From positions 96,001 to 160,000 of the forward strand of contig CAVWEH010000005.1 of assembly GCA_963753975.1 (NCBI GenBank): a stretch of 64,000 bases of DNA. The letters are read 5' to 3'. The notes beneath the pieces were generated by a model. It saw only the letters and a program-made list of their open reading frames with translations. It was not told where the DNA came from and did not search any database. Shown piece by piece: positions 19,554-29,977 of the stretch (positions are counted from its first letter, which is position 1; each line of letters starts with the position of its first letter). This DNA comes from an uncultured delta proteobacterium. Its GTDB lineage: Bacteria > Desulfobacterota > Syntrophia > Syntrophales > Smithellaceae. A program made the translations under genes and the position numbers.

Positions 19554-20726
19554 TTAAAAATCGACGCTTTTGCCTGCATAAGCGTAATTAAATATTTTGC
19601 CCAGGTCTTCTCCTCCGGGAACGCGGGTCACAGTCATGGTCATGACCTCATTTAATGCTCTTTCTATGAGCGCCGGTATTTCTTTTTCATATCGGCCTTT
19701 ATCCACACCGCACTCCTTAACTGAAAGCGGCTGCCCTATTTCCTTAGCCAAGGCGCGCACTCTGGCAATAAGAGCCTTTACGCATTCCTTGTCGGAACCG
19801 GACGCCACACGGCAGTAGCGCGCTATCTCGGCATACTTGATTGTTGTTTCTTCGGAACCGTTCACCAGATATTCCATAGTATAGGGCAGAAAAAGTCCCA
19901 CAGCGCGTCCGTGAGGAACATGGAAAATTGCTCCGAGAGCGTGCCCGGTGCTATGCCCTAAGCCGGCCATGGAATTGCCGAAAGACATACCACCCATTGT
20001 GGCGGCATTCATCATTTCCGTGCGGGCTTCGAGGTCATTACCATTTTTATACGCTCGGGGCAAATAATCAAGAGCCAGCCTTGTGGCGATTAATCCCGGC
20101 CCGAGAGTCATACTGGTACCCCAGGCGGAGGTGTATCCCTCGATGGCATGGCAGATGACATCCATGCCGGTGTCCGCCGTAATTTGGGGAGGCATACCGG
20201 CAACCATAACGGGATCAAGTATAGCGACATCCGGCATGCATTCGGTAGTGCCCAATCCCAGTTTACGGTTATCCTTTGTGTCGGTGAGCACGATGGCCCA
20301 GGTAGCTTCCGAGCCCGTTCCGCTGGTTGTAGGAATGGCCATCAACCGGGCTTTTTCCCGGAAATTGAACTCTTCGAGTACTGATAGGGCCTCCGGCTCC
20401 AGTTCCGGCCGTGCCAAAAGCAGGATAATTGCTTTAGCGGCATCAATGCAAGAACCGCCGCCTATACCGATTACCCAATCGGGCTGATATTTTCCCACCG
20501 CTATTCCGCCCTTTTTGATAGTTTCGAGCGACGGCTCCGGTTCCACTTCATCAAATATTTGCCATTTAATGTTTTTGGCATCGAATCGATCGGTAATCGG
20601 TTTTATCAATCCCAGCTTGACAATGTTCTTATCGGTGACAAGGAAAGCTTTTTTACCCTTGATTTGCGCGAGATAATCGAGCGCGTTATCCCCATAGACA
20701 ATCAAGGGACAGGCAAAATTCCACAT
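19554..20726 (-). CDS. Iron-containing alcohol dehydrogenase
   Basis: GGGSCIDAAK, IPTTSGTGSE, D..HAIE, H...H, HG metal ligands. Confidence 0.9.
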   Translation of the reverse strand: MWNFACPLIVYGDNALDYLAQIKGKKAFLVTDKNIVKLGLIKPITDRFDAKNIKWQIFDEVEPEPSLETIKKGGIAVGKYQPDWVIGIGGGSCIDAAKAIILLLARPELEPEALSVLEEFNFREKARLMAIPTTSGTGSEATWAIVLTDTKDNRKLGLGTTECMPDVAILDPVMVAGMPPQITADTGMDVICHAIEGYTSAWGTSMTLGPGLIATRLALDYLPRAYKNGNDLEARTEMMNAATMGGMSFGNSMAGLGHSTGHALGAIFHVPHGRAVGLFLPYTMEYLVNGSEETTIKYAEIARYCRVASGSDKECVKALIARVRALAKEIGQPLSVKECGVDKGRYEKEIPALIERALNEVMTMTVTRVPGGEDLGKIFNYAYAGKSVDF

Positions 20727-20768
20727 ATATTAACCTCCATCTTTTTCTTGTTTTGGGTGGTTAAATCA

Positions 20769-21176
20769 TCAATCCAACCATTCGGTCGGAACCAGCATCG
20801 TGCAGTTGGTAAGCTCATTGGCGGCCTTGGTATAGCGCATAATTTTAGCCATGTCGCCCGTCAATTTGGATTGTTTAGTGATCAGCGCTTTTGTAGAATC
20901 AAGCTTCTTGGTGGCAATTTGCTTCCAAATATTATACGGAGCCGAAATAGTGAATGCGGGTTTGTATTTCTTAGGGTCGGTAACAATTTCACAAACCCGG
21001 CATTTGCCATGATAAAGATCTACATATGTGTAAGCTGTCTCCTTAAGCGGGCCGCCCGCTTCCCCAATGAAGTAAAAATCACCCTCCCAGGTTTTGGCCG
21101 CCTCCTCATATGCCGCACTTTTATTGATTTCCGCCTTGTAAAGATCACACCATTCCTGAGTATTATACTTAGCCAT
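20769..21176 (-). CDS. SCP2 sterol-binding domain protein
   Basis: YEEAAKTWEGDF, LYHGKC, KLTGDMAKIMRY. Confidence 0.75.
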   Translation of the reverse strand: MAKYNTQEWCDLYKAEINKSAAYEEAAKTWEGDFYFIGEAGGPLKETAYTYVDLYHGKCRVCEIVTDPKKYKPAFTISAPYNIWKQIATKKLDSTKALITKQSKLTGDMAKIMRYTKAANELTNCTMLVPTEWLD

Positions 21177-21461
21177 AACGAAAACCTCCTTATTGTTTTT
21201 TTAGCGTTTTTTGTTAATCCGATAACTTAGTATTAATTGTCTTCTAAACCTATATCCAAATAATGCGTAGTTATATGCCGGGTAAAAATAACTGTCAACC
21301 ATTTATAATGTTTCACTGGAAAATACCGTTTTACATTAAACCATAACCGCAGAAAACTACTTTACGAGCTTCAGATCAGAAACAAAATATCGGAATGCAA
21401 TCAGTTTTCGGCTTTTCTAGTGAGGAGCACGGCTAATTTAGGAAATTTCATTCTTTAGGAT

Positions 21462-23243
21462 TTACGTAAGCCTTGACTGAAGAGCTTCGAATTGTTTTTT
21501 CAGCCTTGCCGGAAGACGATCCCCAAACTGGACAAAGTGCTTTTCGATATCCGGAATCTCCGCCCTCCAGGCATCCACATCGACTTTGAGCAAAGCTTTC
21601 ATATCTTGTTCAGAGATGGAAAGTCCCTTCATATCAAGGTCAGCAATCGCAGGCAGCAGACCAATGGGGGTTTTGACCGCGTCGACTTTCCCTTCTACTC
21701 GTTCGCACATCCATTTCAACACCCGGCTGTTTTCCCCAAATCCGGGCCAGAGCCATCGGCCTTCAGAAGTTTTACGGAACCAGTTTACATAAAAAATCCG
21801 GGGTGCCTTACTTTTAAGTTTGTCACCCATATCCAGCCAATGCTGAAAATAATCAGCCATATTGTATCCACAGAAAGGCTGCATGGCAAAGGGATCACGC
21901 CTTAAATTCCCCACCGCGCCAATATTGGCGGCTGTTGTTTCCGATGAAGCGGTGGCGCCGAGAAAAACACCGTGGTCAAAACTATAGGCCTCGTTGACCA
22001 GAGGAACAACACCCGCCCGACGTCCGCCAAACAGGAATATATCAATAGGAACACCTTCAGGTTTTTCCCAATCTTTGCAAATGATAGGACACTGAGAAGC
22101 AGGAGCCGTGAAGCGGGCGTTTGGATGCGCTGCTGCTTCCTCAATATCCGGAGACCAATCACGCCCTTTCCAGTCAATGGCATGCCGGGGAGGCGCGCCG
22201 TCCATGCCTTCCCACCAAATATCGCCATCATCAGTAAGAGCGCAGTTCGTAAAAATAATATTCTCTTTTAACGTATCCATAGCCATAGGATTAGATTTAT
22301 ACGATGTACCCGGCGCCACACCAAAAAATCCGGCTTCGGGATTGATTGCGTATAAACGGCCGTCAGGGCCGATCTTCATCCAGGAAATATCGTCGCCGAT
22401 ACATTCGCATTTCCAGCCGGGAATTGTCGGCCTCAACATGGCCAGGTTGGTCTTGCCGCACGCTGAAGGAAAGGCTCCCGCGATGTGATACTGTCTCCCT
22501 TCCGGGCTGGTAAGCCGGAGAATAAGCATATGCTCCGCCATCCAGCCTTCTCTTTTGGCCATAGCCGAAGCAATGCGCAGGGCCAGGCATTTCTTGCCGA
22601 GGAGAGCATTGCCGCCGTAACCCGAACCGTAAGACCAGATAAGATTTTCATCCGGAAAATGGCTTATATATTTTTTCTCCATTGGCGCACAAGGCCAGCT
22701 AACATCTTTCTGTCCCTTATTTAGCGGCGCACCTATCGAATGCAGGCAGGGAATGAATTCGCCGTCTTTTCCCAGTTTATCGAGAACTTTAGTTCCTACG
22801 CGGGTCATTATGTGCATATTACAGACAACATAAGGGCTATCTGTAATTTCTATGCCGATTTTGGCTATAGGTGATTTAATCGGTCCCATGGAAAAAGGAA
22901 TCACGTACATGGTGCGACCCTTCATACATCCTTTATAGAGAGCCTTCATCGTGGCCTTTAATTCAGTAGGATCTATCCAATTATTAGTGGGGCCTGCTTC
23001 CATCTTTTGCGGCGTACTGATATAGGTTCGTGCCTCCACTCTAGCCACGTCCGAGGGGTCCGAACGGAACAAAAAACTGTTTTTTCGTTTTTTAAGAGGG
23101 ATAGTACTGCCGCTTTTGACCATTATCGACATAAGCCGGTCATATTCCGCTCGAGAGCCGTCGCACCAATGCACTGTATCCGGCAGACACATTTCCGACA
23201 CTTCTTTAATCCACTTTTTCAGTTCTTCATTTTTTACAACCAT
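21462..23243 (-). CDS. pckG: GTP-dependent phosphoenolpyruvate carboxykinase
   Basis: [38 protein letters not shown]. Confidence 0.95.
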   Translation of the reverse strand: MVVKNEELKKWIKEVSEMCLPDTVHWCDGSRAEYDRLMSIMVKSGSTIPLKKRKNSFLFRSDPSDVARVEARTYISTPQKMEAGPTNNWIDPTELKATMKALYKGCMKGRTMYVIPFSMGPIKSPIAKIGIEITDSPYVVCNMHIMTRVGTKVLDKLGKDGEFIPCLHSIGAPLNKGQKDVSWPCAPMEKKYISHFPDENLIWSYGSGYGGNALLGKKCLALRIASAMAKREGWMAEHMLILRLTSPEGRQYHIAGAFPSACGKTNLAMLRPTIPGWKCECIGDDISWMKIGPDGRLYAINPEAGFFGVAPGTSYKSNPMAMDTLKENIIFTNCALTDDGDIWWEGMDGAPPRHAIDWKGRDWSPDIEEAAAHPNARFTAPASQCPIICKDWEKPEGVPIDIFLFGGRRAGVVPLVNEAYSFDHGVFLGATASSETTAANIGAVGNLRRDPFAMQPFCGYNMADYFQHWLDMGDKLKSKAPRIFYVNWFRKTSEGRWLWPGFGENSRVLKWMCERVEGKVDAVKTPIGLLPAIADLDMKGLSISEQDMKALLKVDVDAWRAEIPDIEKHFVQFGDRLPARLKKQFEALQSRLT

Positions 23244-23316
23244 ATCCGTATAATCCCCTCATTCATAAAATTAATCCCGGCAATATATCGGGATAATAGT
23301 TCCCGATGTCGTGTAA

Positions 23317-26049
23317 CTATTTACGTTTCTTTTCTAATTTCTTCTTCTCCTCAATCACAGCCTGCGCGGCCGCCAGTCTTGCTATCGGTACTCGGTAGGG
23401 CGAACAACTCACGTAGTCCATGCCCACCCGGTGGCAAAACATAACGCTTATCGGCTCGCCGCCGTGCTCGCCGCAGATGCCGACTTTCAACCCCGGACGT
23501 GCCTTACGACCGCGTTCGATACCAAACTCCACGAGTTGACCCACGCCATCCTGATCGAGAACCTGAAATGGATCTACCGGAATAATCTTTTTTTCCACGT
23601 ATTCGGGCACAAAGGCTCCGACATCGTCACGACTGAAACCGTAGGTCATCTGCGTCAGATCGTTGGTACCGTAACTGAAAAACTCAGCTTCTTCCGCTAT
23701 GTCATAGGCAAGCAGCGCCGCGCGCGGAATCTCGATCATGGTGCCTACCAAGTGCGGTATTTTCTTGAGACCGTACTTGCCGCACACTTCGGGAAGAATA
23801 TTCTTAACCAGAGTTGCCTGATTTTTGAACTCGGCTACGTCGCAAACTACCGGAATCATGATTTCGGGCAGTGCTTTTTTGCCTTCCTTCAGAAGTTCCG
23901 CCGCACTTTCCAGAATAGCGCGGATTTGCATCTCACTAACTTCAGGATAAGTAATGCCGAGGCGCACACCGCGATGCCCCATCATCGGATTTGTTTCATG
24001 CAAATTTTCCGCCCGGCTGTTGAGTTTCTCAATAGAGATATGCAAGCTTTCGGCGAGGCGCTGACGCTCTTCGGGATTTCCCGGTACGAACTCATGCAAT
24101 GGCGGATCCAAAAGGCGAATGGTCACCGGCCGGCCGGCCATCACCTCCATGGTCTTCTTGATGTCGTTCTTGACAAAAGGAAACAGATCCTTTAATGCCG
24201 CCCGGCGTTCTTCAATGGTATCCGATAGAATCATTCTGCGCAGATGAAATAACGGCTGTTCGCTATTCTCTCCATAGAACATGTGTTCGGTGCGGAACAG
24301 GCCGATGCCCTCGGCACCGAATTGTATGGCTCTGGCGGCATCCTTTGGGGTATCAGCATTTGTGCGGATTTTGAGGCGGCGAATCTGATCGCAAATTTTC
24401 ATAAAGGCGACAAAATTTTTATCATCCTTTGTACCGCTGATCATAGCTAAGGCACCTTTGTACACGCGGCCTTTGGTTCCATTGAGAGTAATTATCTCAC
24501 CCTCCCGCACTATTTTTCCGTCAACCATCATTGTCTTCTGGTGCGGATCAATGCACAGAGCTCCAGCGCCGACTATACAGCACTTACCCCATCCCCGAGC
24601 CACCAGAGCTGCATGTGAGGTCATGCCGCCGCGCGCAGTGAGAATACCTTGCGCCGCGCGCATGCCTTCGACATCTTCAGGGTTAGTGTCCTCACGCACA
24701 AGAATAACTTTCTTACCAGCTTTGGCCCAGCCCACCGCATCTGCCGCCGTAAATACGGCCTGACCCACGGCCCCGCCGGGACTGGCAGGCAGGCCTTTGG
24801 CCAGAAATTCTCCCTTCATTTCCGCCTCCGGGTCAACCATGGGGTGGAGCAGTTCATCAAGCTGGGATGGAGTTACACGCATCACCGCATCGCTGGCGCT
24901 GATCATCTTACTTTTAAACATTTCGCCGGCCATGCGCACGGCAGCCGGTCCATTGCGCTTGCCGGTGCGCGTCTGCAGCATCCAAACGCGACCATTCTGA
25001 ACGGTGAACTCGAGATCCTGCATATCTTGGAAGTGGTTTTCGAGCTTCTGGCGGATCTTTTTGAGAAGTGCATAAGCTTTGGGCATGGCCTTCTCCAGGC
25101 TGGGGTGACCGTCAGTATCGTCTACCTGCCTCATTTCTTCGTTGATTGGATTCGGTGTACGAATGCCGGCAACAACGTCTTCGCCCTGCGCGTTCGGCAG
25201 CCACTCACCGTAGAATTTGTTTTCGCCTGTAGCGGGGTTACGGGTGAAGGCGACACCTGTAGCTGAGTTCTCACCCATGTTGCCGAACACCATTGCCTGT
25301 ACATTTACCGCCGTGCCCCAATCGTCAGGAATTCCTTCAATCCTGCGATAGGAAACAGCGCGTTTACCATTCCAGCTTTTAAAGACAGCGGAGATAGCGC
25401 CCCATAGTTGTTCGTAGGCATCATCGGGAAAGGGTTTGCCGATGACTTGCATTACCTTGGCCTTGTAAATTTTGGCAAGTTCCGCCAGATCATGTTCTGT
25501 AAGATCGACATCGTTCGTAACTCTGCGGCGCTGTTTCATAGCCGCCAGTTCCCGCTCTAACTGCTGGCGCACACTCATTCCTTCAGCTGGTTCAAGACCT
25601 TCGGCTTTTTCCATGACAACGTCCGAATACATTTGGATTAAGCGACGATATGAATCCCATACAAAGCGCGCGTTTTGGGTCTTTTTGATCATGCCGGGAA
25701 TGGTCTTTGAGGTAAGGCCGATGTTCAACACCGTCTCCATCATGCCGGGCATGCTTTTGCGCGCCCCGGAACGGGCCGAACACAACAGAGGATTCTGCGG
25801 ATCGCCGAACTTCACGCCGGCTTCCCGCTCCATTTTGTTTATGGCTTTATAAACCTGTTCTTTGAGGCCTTGCGGGTAGCGTCCCTTATGCTTATAGAAT
25901 GCGGTACAAACTTCCGTCGTTATAGTGAAACCCGGCGGGATAGGAATGCCGAGGTGAGTCATTTCGGCAAGGCCGGCACCCTTGCCCCCCAACAAATTCT
26001 TGTCTTTTCCGTGCCCTTCCGAGAAAGTATAAACAAATTTCGTTCCCAT
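23317..26049 (-). CDS. ppdK: Pyruvate, phosphate dikinase
   Basis: LGGKGAGL, GGMTSHAA, GIGLFRTEHMF, GICGEHGG. Confidence 0.97.
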   Translation of the reverse strand: MGTKFVYTFSEGHGKDKNLLGGKGAGLAEMTHLGIPIPPGFTITTEVCTAFYKHKGRYPQGLKEQVYKAINKMEREAGVKFGDPQNPLLCSARSGARKSMPGMMETVLNIGLTSKTIPGMIKKTQNARFVWDSYRRLIQMYSDVVMEKAEGLEPAEGMSVRQQLERELAAMKQRRRVTNDVDLTEHDLAELAKIYKAKVMQVIGKPFPDDAYEQLWGAISAVFKSWNGKRAVSYRRIEGIPDDWGTAVNVQAMVFGNMGENSATGVAFTRNPATGENKFYGEWLPNAQGEDVVAGIRTPNPINEEMRQVDDTDGHPSLEKAMPKAYALLKKIRQKLENHFQDMQDLEFTVQNGRVWMLQTRTGKRNGPAAVRMAGEMFKSKMISASDAVMRVTPSQLDELLHPMVDPEAEMKGEFLAKGLPASPGGAVGQAVFTAADAVGWAKAGKKVILVREDTNPEDVEGMRAAQGILTARGGMTSHAALVARGWGKCCIVGAGALCIDPHQKTMMVDGKIVREGEIITLNGTKGRVYKGALAMISGTKDDKNFVAFMKICDQIRRLKIRTNADTPKDAARAIQFGAEGIGLFRTEHMFYGENSEQPLFHLRRMILSDTIEERRAALKDLFPFVKNDIKKTMEVMAGRPVTIRLLDPPLHEFVPGNPEERQRLAESLHISIEKLNSRAENLHETNPMMGHRGVRLGITYPEVSEMQIRAILESAAELLKEGKKALPEIMIPVVCDVAEFKNQATLVKNILPEVCGKYGLKKIPHLVGTMIEIPRAALLAYDIAEEAEFFSYGTNDLTQMTYGFSRDDVGAFVPEYVEKKIIPVDPFQVLDQDGVGQLVEFGIERGRKARPGLKVGICGEHGGEPISVMFCHRVGMDYVSCSPYRVPIARLAAAQAVIEEKKKLEKKRK

Positions 26050-26641
26050 TGCGTCCCTTTCTAACCTCCCCCAAATAATTTTATTTTATTAAAAGTATAA
26101 TATCGACATAAGACTGTCATCATTGTCAAGAAAAAAATACGTATTTTGATGATTTGCAAGCCAGCATTTTCCGGCGCTTTTTTCCAAAAATTCTTACTGC
26201 CGGCTTCGTTGATTTTTTCAATAAGTTTTGACATCTTGTTGTTTAATTTTCTTGACAAAGCGCCGGGCTTATTCATATACTCGTCCGCGAAAGAGCAAGC
26301 TTTTATCGGCATAATGAATGATTGTACAAGGGAGACATTGTCACTCATTATTCTCAATAAACATAGATCCCCGGTTTATTAATTCTGGTTTGGGGTTTAT
26401 TGTTAGGCTGGTGTGCCTGAAATTACAAAAAATGTTCTCTTGTTAGCCAGGGGAGAGTGTAAATTTGCCAATCGCCGGGAATACATTAACAAGGTGGCAA
26501 CTTTTCGGTCTTTTGCCGCAAAAAAGATTATGCCACTTGTCGGCGTACTTCAATCAACTTTTTTTTATTTACAGCGGGGATTCCGGTTTGATTACCGGCA
26601 ATCAAGTATTATAAAATAAATGTTTAGGGGAGGTAGATTTT

Positions 26642-28399
26642 ATGAAAGGTAAAGTATTTTTATTTATTGCTGTAATTATGATTATCGTCGGAGGAATAGC
26701 CGCCAACCTTGTGCAAAACGATTTTTACCAGGTTAAGGTTCGCGATGTTCGTTTCGTGGCGGCTGACGGTTCGATCATGAGCGCCCTTCTGTTCATTCCG
26801 AAAAATGCCACGCCGCAGACACCAGCGCCCGGCATTCTTACCGTTCATGGCTATATCAATTCGCGGGAGATTATGTCGGGATTTTCGATTGAATTCGCGC
26901 GCCGTGGCTGGGTTGTTCTGGAAATCGATCAGAGCGGGCACGGATATAGCGCCCCTCCGGCTTTCGCCAACGGTTACGGCGGTATACCCGGCCTGACCTA
27001 TCTCCGCAGCCTTGATTTCGTCGATAAGAACAAAATCGGCCTGGTGGGTCATTCCATGGGTGGATGGGCATGTCTCGCCGCAGCCATGGCTCGTCCCGAC
27101 GACTATAAGGCAATAGTTCTGGAAGGATCGTCCACTGGAGCGCCTTTCGCTCCGGAGGGAAGCACCACCTATCCCAAGAATATGGCTCTGGTAGAAAGCA
27201 CATTTGACGAGTTTTCCTTACTCATGTGGAGCGTACCGATAGCACGCAATGTTGTCAACAGTGATAAACTCAAAAAGGTATTCGGTGTAACCGAAACAAT
27301 CGAACCCGGCAAAATATACGGCTCCATCGAAAACGGAACGGCACGCGTTCTTTATCAACCGGTAACAACCCATCCGGGCGATACCGAGTCACCCACAGCG
27401 ATAGGTTATGCAATCTCCTGGTTACAGCAAACCCTGGGTGAGGAAAAAACTCTCGCTCCTTCCAATCAAATCTGGTTCTGGAAGGAAATCGCCACCCTTA
27501 TCGGCCTTATCGGTTGCATCCTGCTTGTGTTTGCAGCCGGCAATCTTCTGCTGCAAGCCGGATATTTCAGCTCCTTGCAAGGGACGCCGCAAAACCCGAA
27601 ACCCGCAACCGGAGTTGCGTGGTGGATCGCTGCCATTCTCATGATCATAATCGGACCTTTAACCTATTTCCCGGCAACGCTTATAGCCTATGGTAAGTTA
27701 AAGCAATCCTGGTTCTTCCCCCAGCAGATTACCAACGATATCTTGTTCTGGTTGCTCATAGCTGCGATCATTTCTCTTATCCTGTTTGTGATCTGGCACC
27801 TGCTGAACAAGAAAAAAGGCGGGAATGCGGTATCATACGGCCTCAAGGCTGCCAAGGGTTCTACCTGGAAAAAAATCGGACTTTCCGCCTGGTTTGCCTT
27901 CCTGGTTACGGCTGTAGCATATTTATCGGTTATGGTGATTTCTTATTTCTTTACCGTGGATTTCCGATTCTGGATTATGCCTATCAAACCCATGAGCGCA
28001 ACACAGTTTAAAATAGCACTGCGTTATGTAATTCCTCTGACTCTATTTTACCTGATGTTTGCAGTTGCTCTGCACGGGCAGTTGCGTTCTCCGACCGGTT
28101 CATTTAAAAAGAGAATGCTCATGAGTGCAATACTGGGATCACTGGGCTATCTCATAATGCTTGTGGTTATGTACATACCAATTTTAGCAGGAGGAGCGGC
28201 CCCCTTCATCAATACAATATACCAGACATTGTTCCTGATTGTAGCGGTGCAGTTGTTCCCGTTGTTCCTTATCGTCAGTCTCATATCGACCTATTTTTCC
28301 GAAAAAACGGGGTTAGTCTATGCCGGGGCGTTCGTAAACGCCTTCTTCATAACATGGTATATGGTGGCGGCACAGGCGACGCACATTGCTCTTTGCTAA
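26642..28399 (+). CDS. Alpha/beta hydrolase with multi-pass membrane C-terminal region
   Basis: HGY, GHG, GHSMGG nucleophile elbow; many hydrophobic segments after about residue 280. Confidence 0.8.
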   Translation: MKGKVFLFIAVIMIIVGGIAANLVQNDFYQVKVRDVRFVAADGSIMSALLFIPKNATPQTPAPGILTVHGYINSREIMSGFSIEFARRGWVVLEIDQSGHGYSAPPAFANGYGGIPGLTYLRSLDFVDKNKIGLVGHSMGGWACLAAAMARPDDYKAIVLEGSSTGAPFAPEGSTTYPKNMALVESTFDEFSLLMWSVPIARNVVNSDKLKKVFGVTETIEPGKIYGSIENGTARVLYQPVTTHPGDTESPTAIGYAISWLQQTLGEEKTLAPSNQIWFWKEIATLIGLIGCILLVFAAGNLLLQAGYFSSLQGTPQNPKPATGVAWWIAAILMIIIGPLTYFPATLIAYGKLKQSWFFPQQITNDILFWLLIAAIISLILFVIWHLLNKKKGGNAVSYGLKAAKGSTWKKIGLSAWFAFLVTAVAYLSVMVISYFFTVDFRFWIMPIKPMSATQFKIALRYVIPLTLFYLMFAVALHGQLRSPTGSFKKRMLMSAILGSLGYLIMLVVMYIPILAGGAAPFINTIYQTLFLIVAVQLFPLFLIVSLISTYFSEKTGLVYAGAFVNAFFITWYMVAAQATHIALC

Positions 28400-28423
28400 C
28401 AGTAAATCTTATTTCGTCAAATT

Positions 28424-28465
28424 AACTAGTCACCGGGTCACCAGGCCCGGTGACTAGTTCTTTTC
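28424..28465 (+). terminator. Intrinsic terminator
   Basis: AACTAGTCACCGGG/CCCGGTGACTAGTT followed by CTTTTC. Confidence 0.7.
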
Positions 28466-28620
28466 TGCAAATAGCCGACGACCCGGAATACCTCAAAACC
28501 TATCACTATAACAACTGAAAAAAAACAGTTGTGCCGAATGATCGGGCAATTTATGGTAATTGACTGGCGTAGAGTAAACTGTGATCTTGCCCCGGATTCG
28601 ATAGCATGATAAGCAAAACT

Positions 28621-28640
28621 TATGAATATTAATATTCATA
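28621..28640. promoter_or_regulatory. Perfect 20-bp palindrome, candidate operator
   Basis: TATGAATATTAATATTCATA, 31 bp before ATG 28672. Confidence 0.45.
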
Positions 28641-28671
28641 TTAATAACCAAAGAGATAAAACCCACTTCCC

Positions 28672-29919
28672 ATGAACGATGATAAACTGTACTTGGTCAT
28701 GATGGGCCTTCCGGCGAGGGGTAAATCAACGTTGGCGATACGCCTGCAGGATGCTTTTGGAAAAAGCCGGATCCCCGCGAAGATATTCAACAACGGCAAT
28801 CTCCGGAGAGCTTACCTGCCGCTCACAGAAACTTCCTCGGCAAACTTTTATCATCCGGCCAACACCTCTGCCTTAGAAATGCGAAAAAAATTCGCCTGCA
28901 TCAATATGAAGAGGGCTAAAGCATATCTCGAGGGCAAAGGACGGGTGGCCATCCTGGACGCGGCCAATGTAAGCAGGGAGCGGCGCAGGATAATCGAAGA
29001 TAATCTCGGCAACCACCCCATTCTTTTTATCGAATGCATTAATGATGACCGGGAAATCCTGGCTTTGAGCATTCTGGAAAAAACGCGGTTGCCGGAATTT
29101 TCCCGGTTGGGCCGTCAGAAGGCGCAGGCGGAATTTTCAAAGAGGATAGAAAACTACCGGATGATTTATACACCGTTGAAAGAGGAGAGGAATTACTTCC
29201 GCATGGATTCTCTGCAAAACAGGATATTGGAAGAGAAACAGACCGACACGATTCCACTGTATTTGCTGATCAAAGATATTCTGGTGACCGATGTCGTTAA
29301 AAACCTTTTTCTTATTCGGCATGCCGAAACAAAATTCAATACCATCGACCGTATCGGCGGAGATTCTGCTCTCACCGCAAAAGGTACTTCGCAGGCAAAA
29401 GCCCTGGGTAACTTTTTTAAAAAAAGACAGATCTCCTATATTTTTACCAGCCGCAAAAAGCGAACAATTCAAACAGCCGGCATTATCTGTGCCGTGCAGA
29501 AGAATTGTAAGATTATTCCCATCAACGAGTTTGATGAAATCAACGCCGGCATATGTGAAGGAATGACTTACAAAGATATCGAAAGAAAGATGCCCGAAGT
29601 TTATCAGGCCCGGAGGGCGGACAAATACCACTATATCTATCCGCAGGGGGAAAGCTACGAGACAATGAAACCGCGCATCGAAGCGGGGCTGAAAAAAGCT
29701 TTTTTCTTAAACCGCCACTCAGATAACATCATGATTGTCGGCCATCAGGCGGTAAATCGGATGATCCTTGCTCATTTTCTCTACCGGCGCAATGATGATG
29801 TTCCTTACATTTATATTCCGCAGGATGAATTTTATCACATTGTCTCCACGCAGAATAAAAAAATCTTTGAACTGAAACCCTACGCTCAAATGGGCAGGAA
29901 ATACACGCCCCGACAATAA
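28672..29919 (+). CDS. Bifunctional 6-phosphofructo-2-kinase/fructose-2,6-bisphosphatase-like protein
   Basis: MMGLPARGKS, FNNGNLRR, ILDAAN, FIECI kinase domain; RHAET, EINAGICEG, YPQGESY, GHQAVNR phosphatase domain. Confidence 0.85.
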   Translation: MNDDKLYLVMMGLPARGKSTLAIRLQDAFGKSRIPAKIFNNGNLRRAYLPLTETSSANFYHPANTSALEMRKKFACINMKRAKAYLEGKGRVAILDAANVSRERRRIIEDNLGNHPILFIECINDDREILALSILEKTRLPEFSRLGRQKAQAEFSKRIENYRMIYTPLKEERNYFRMDSLQNRILEEKQTDTIPLYLLIKDILVTDVVKNLFLIRHAETKFNTIDRIGGDSALTAKGTSQAKALGNFFKKRQISYIFTSRKKRTIQTAGIICAVQKNCKIIPINEFDEINAGICEGMTYKDIERKMPEVYQARRADKYHYIYPQGESYETMKPRIEAGLKKAFFLNRHSDNIMIVGHQAVNRMILAHFLYRRNDDVPYIYIPQDEFYHIVSTQNKKIFELKPYAQMGRKYTPRQ

Positions 29920-29977
29920 AGTCAGGGCGTGTACCAAAAAAAATTAATTCCCCTAAGCTGTAACACCGAAAGCATTC

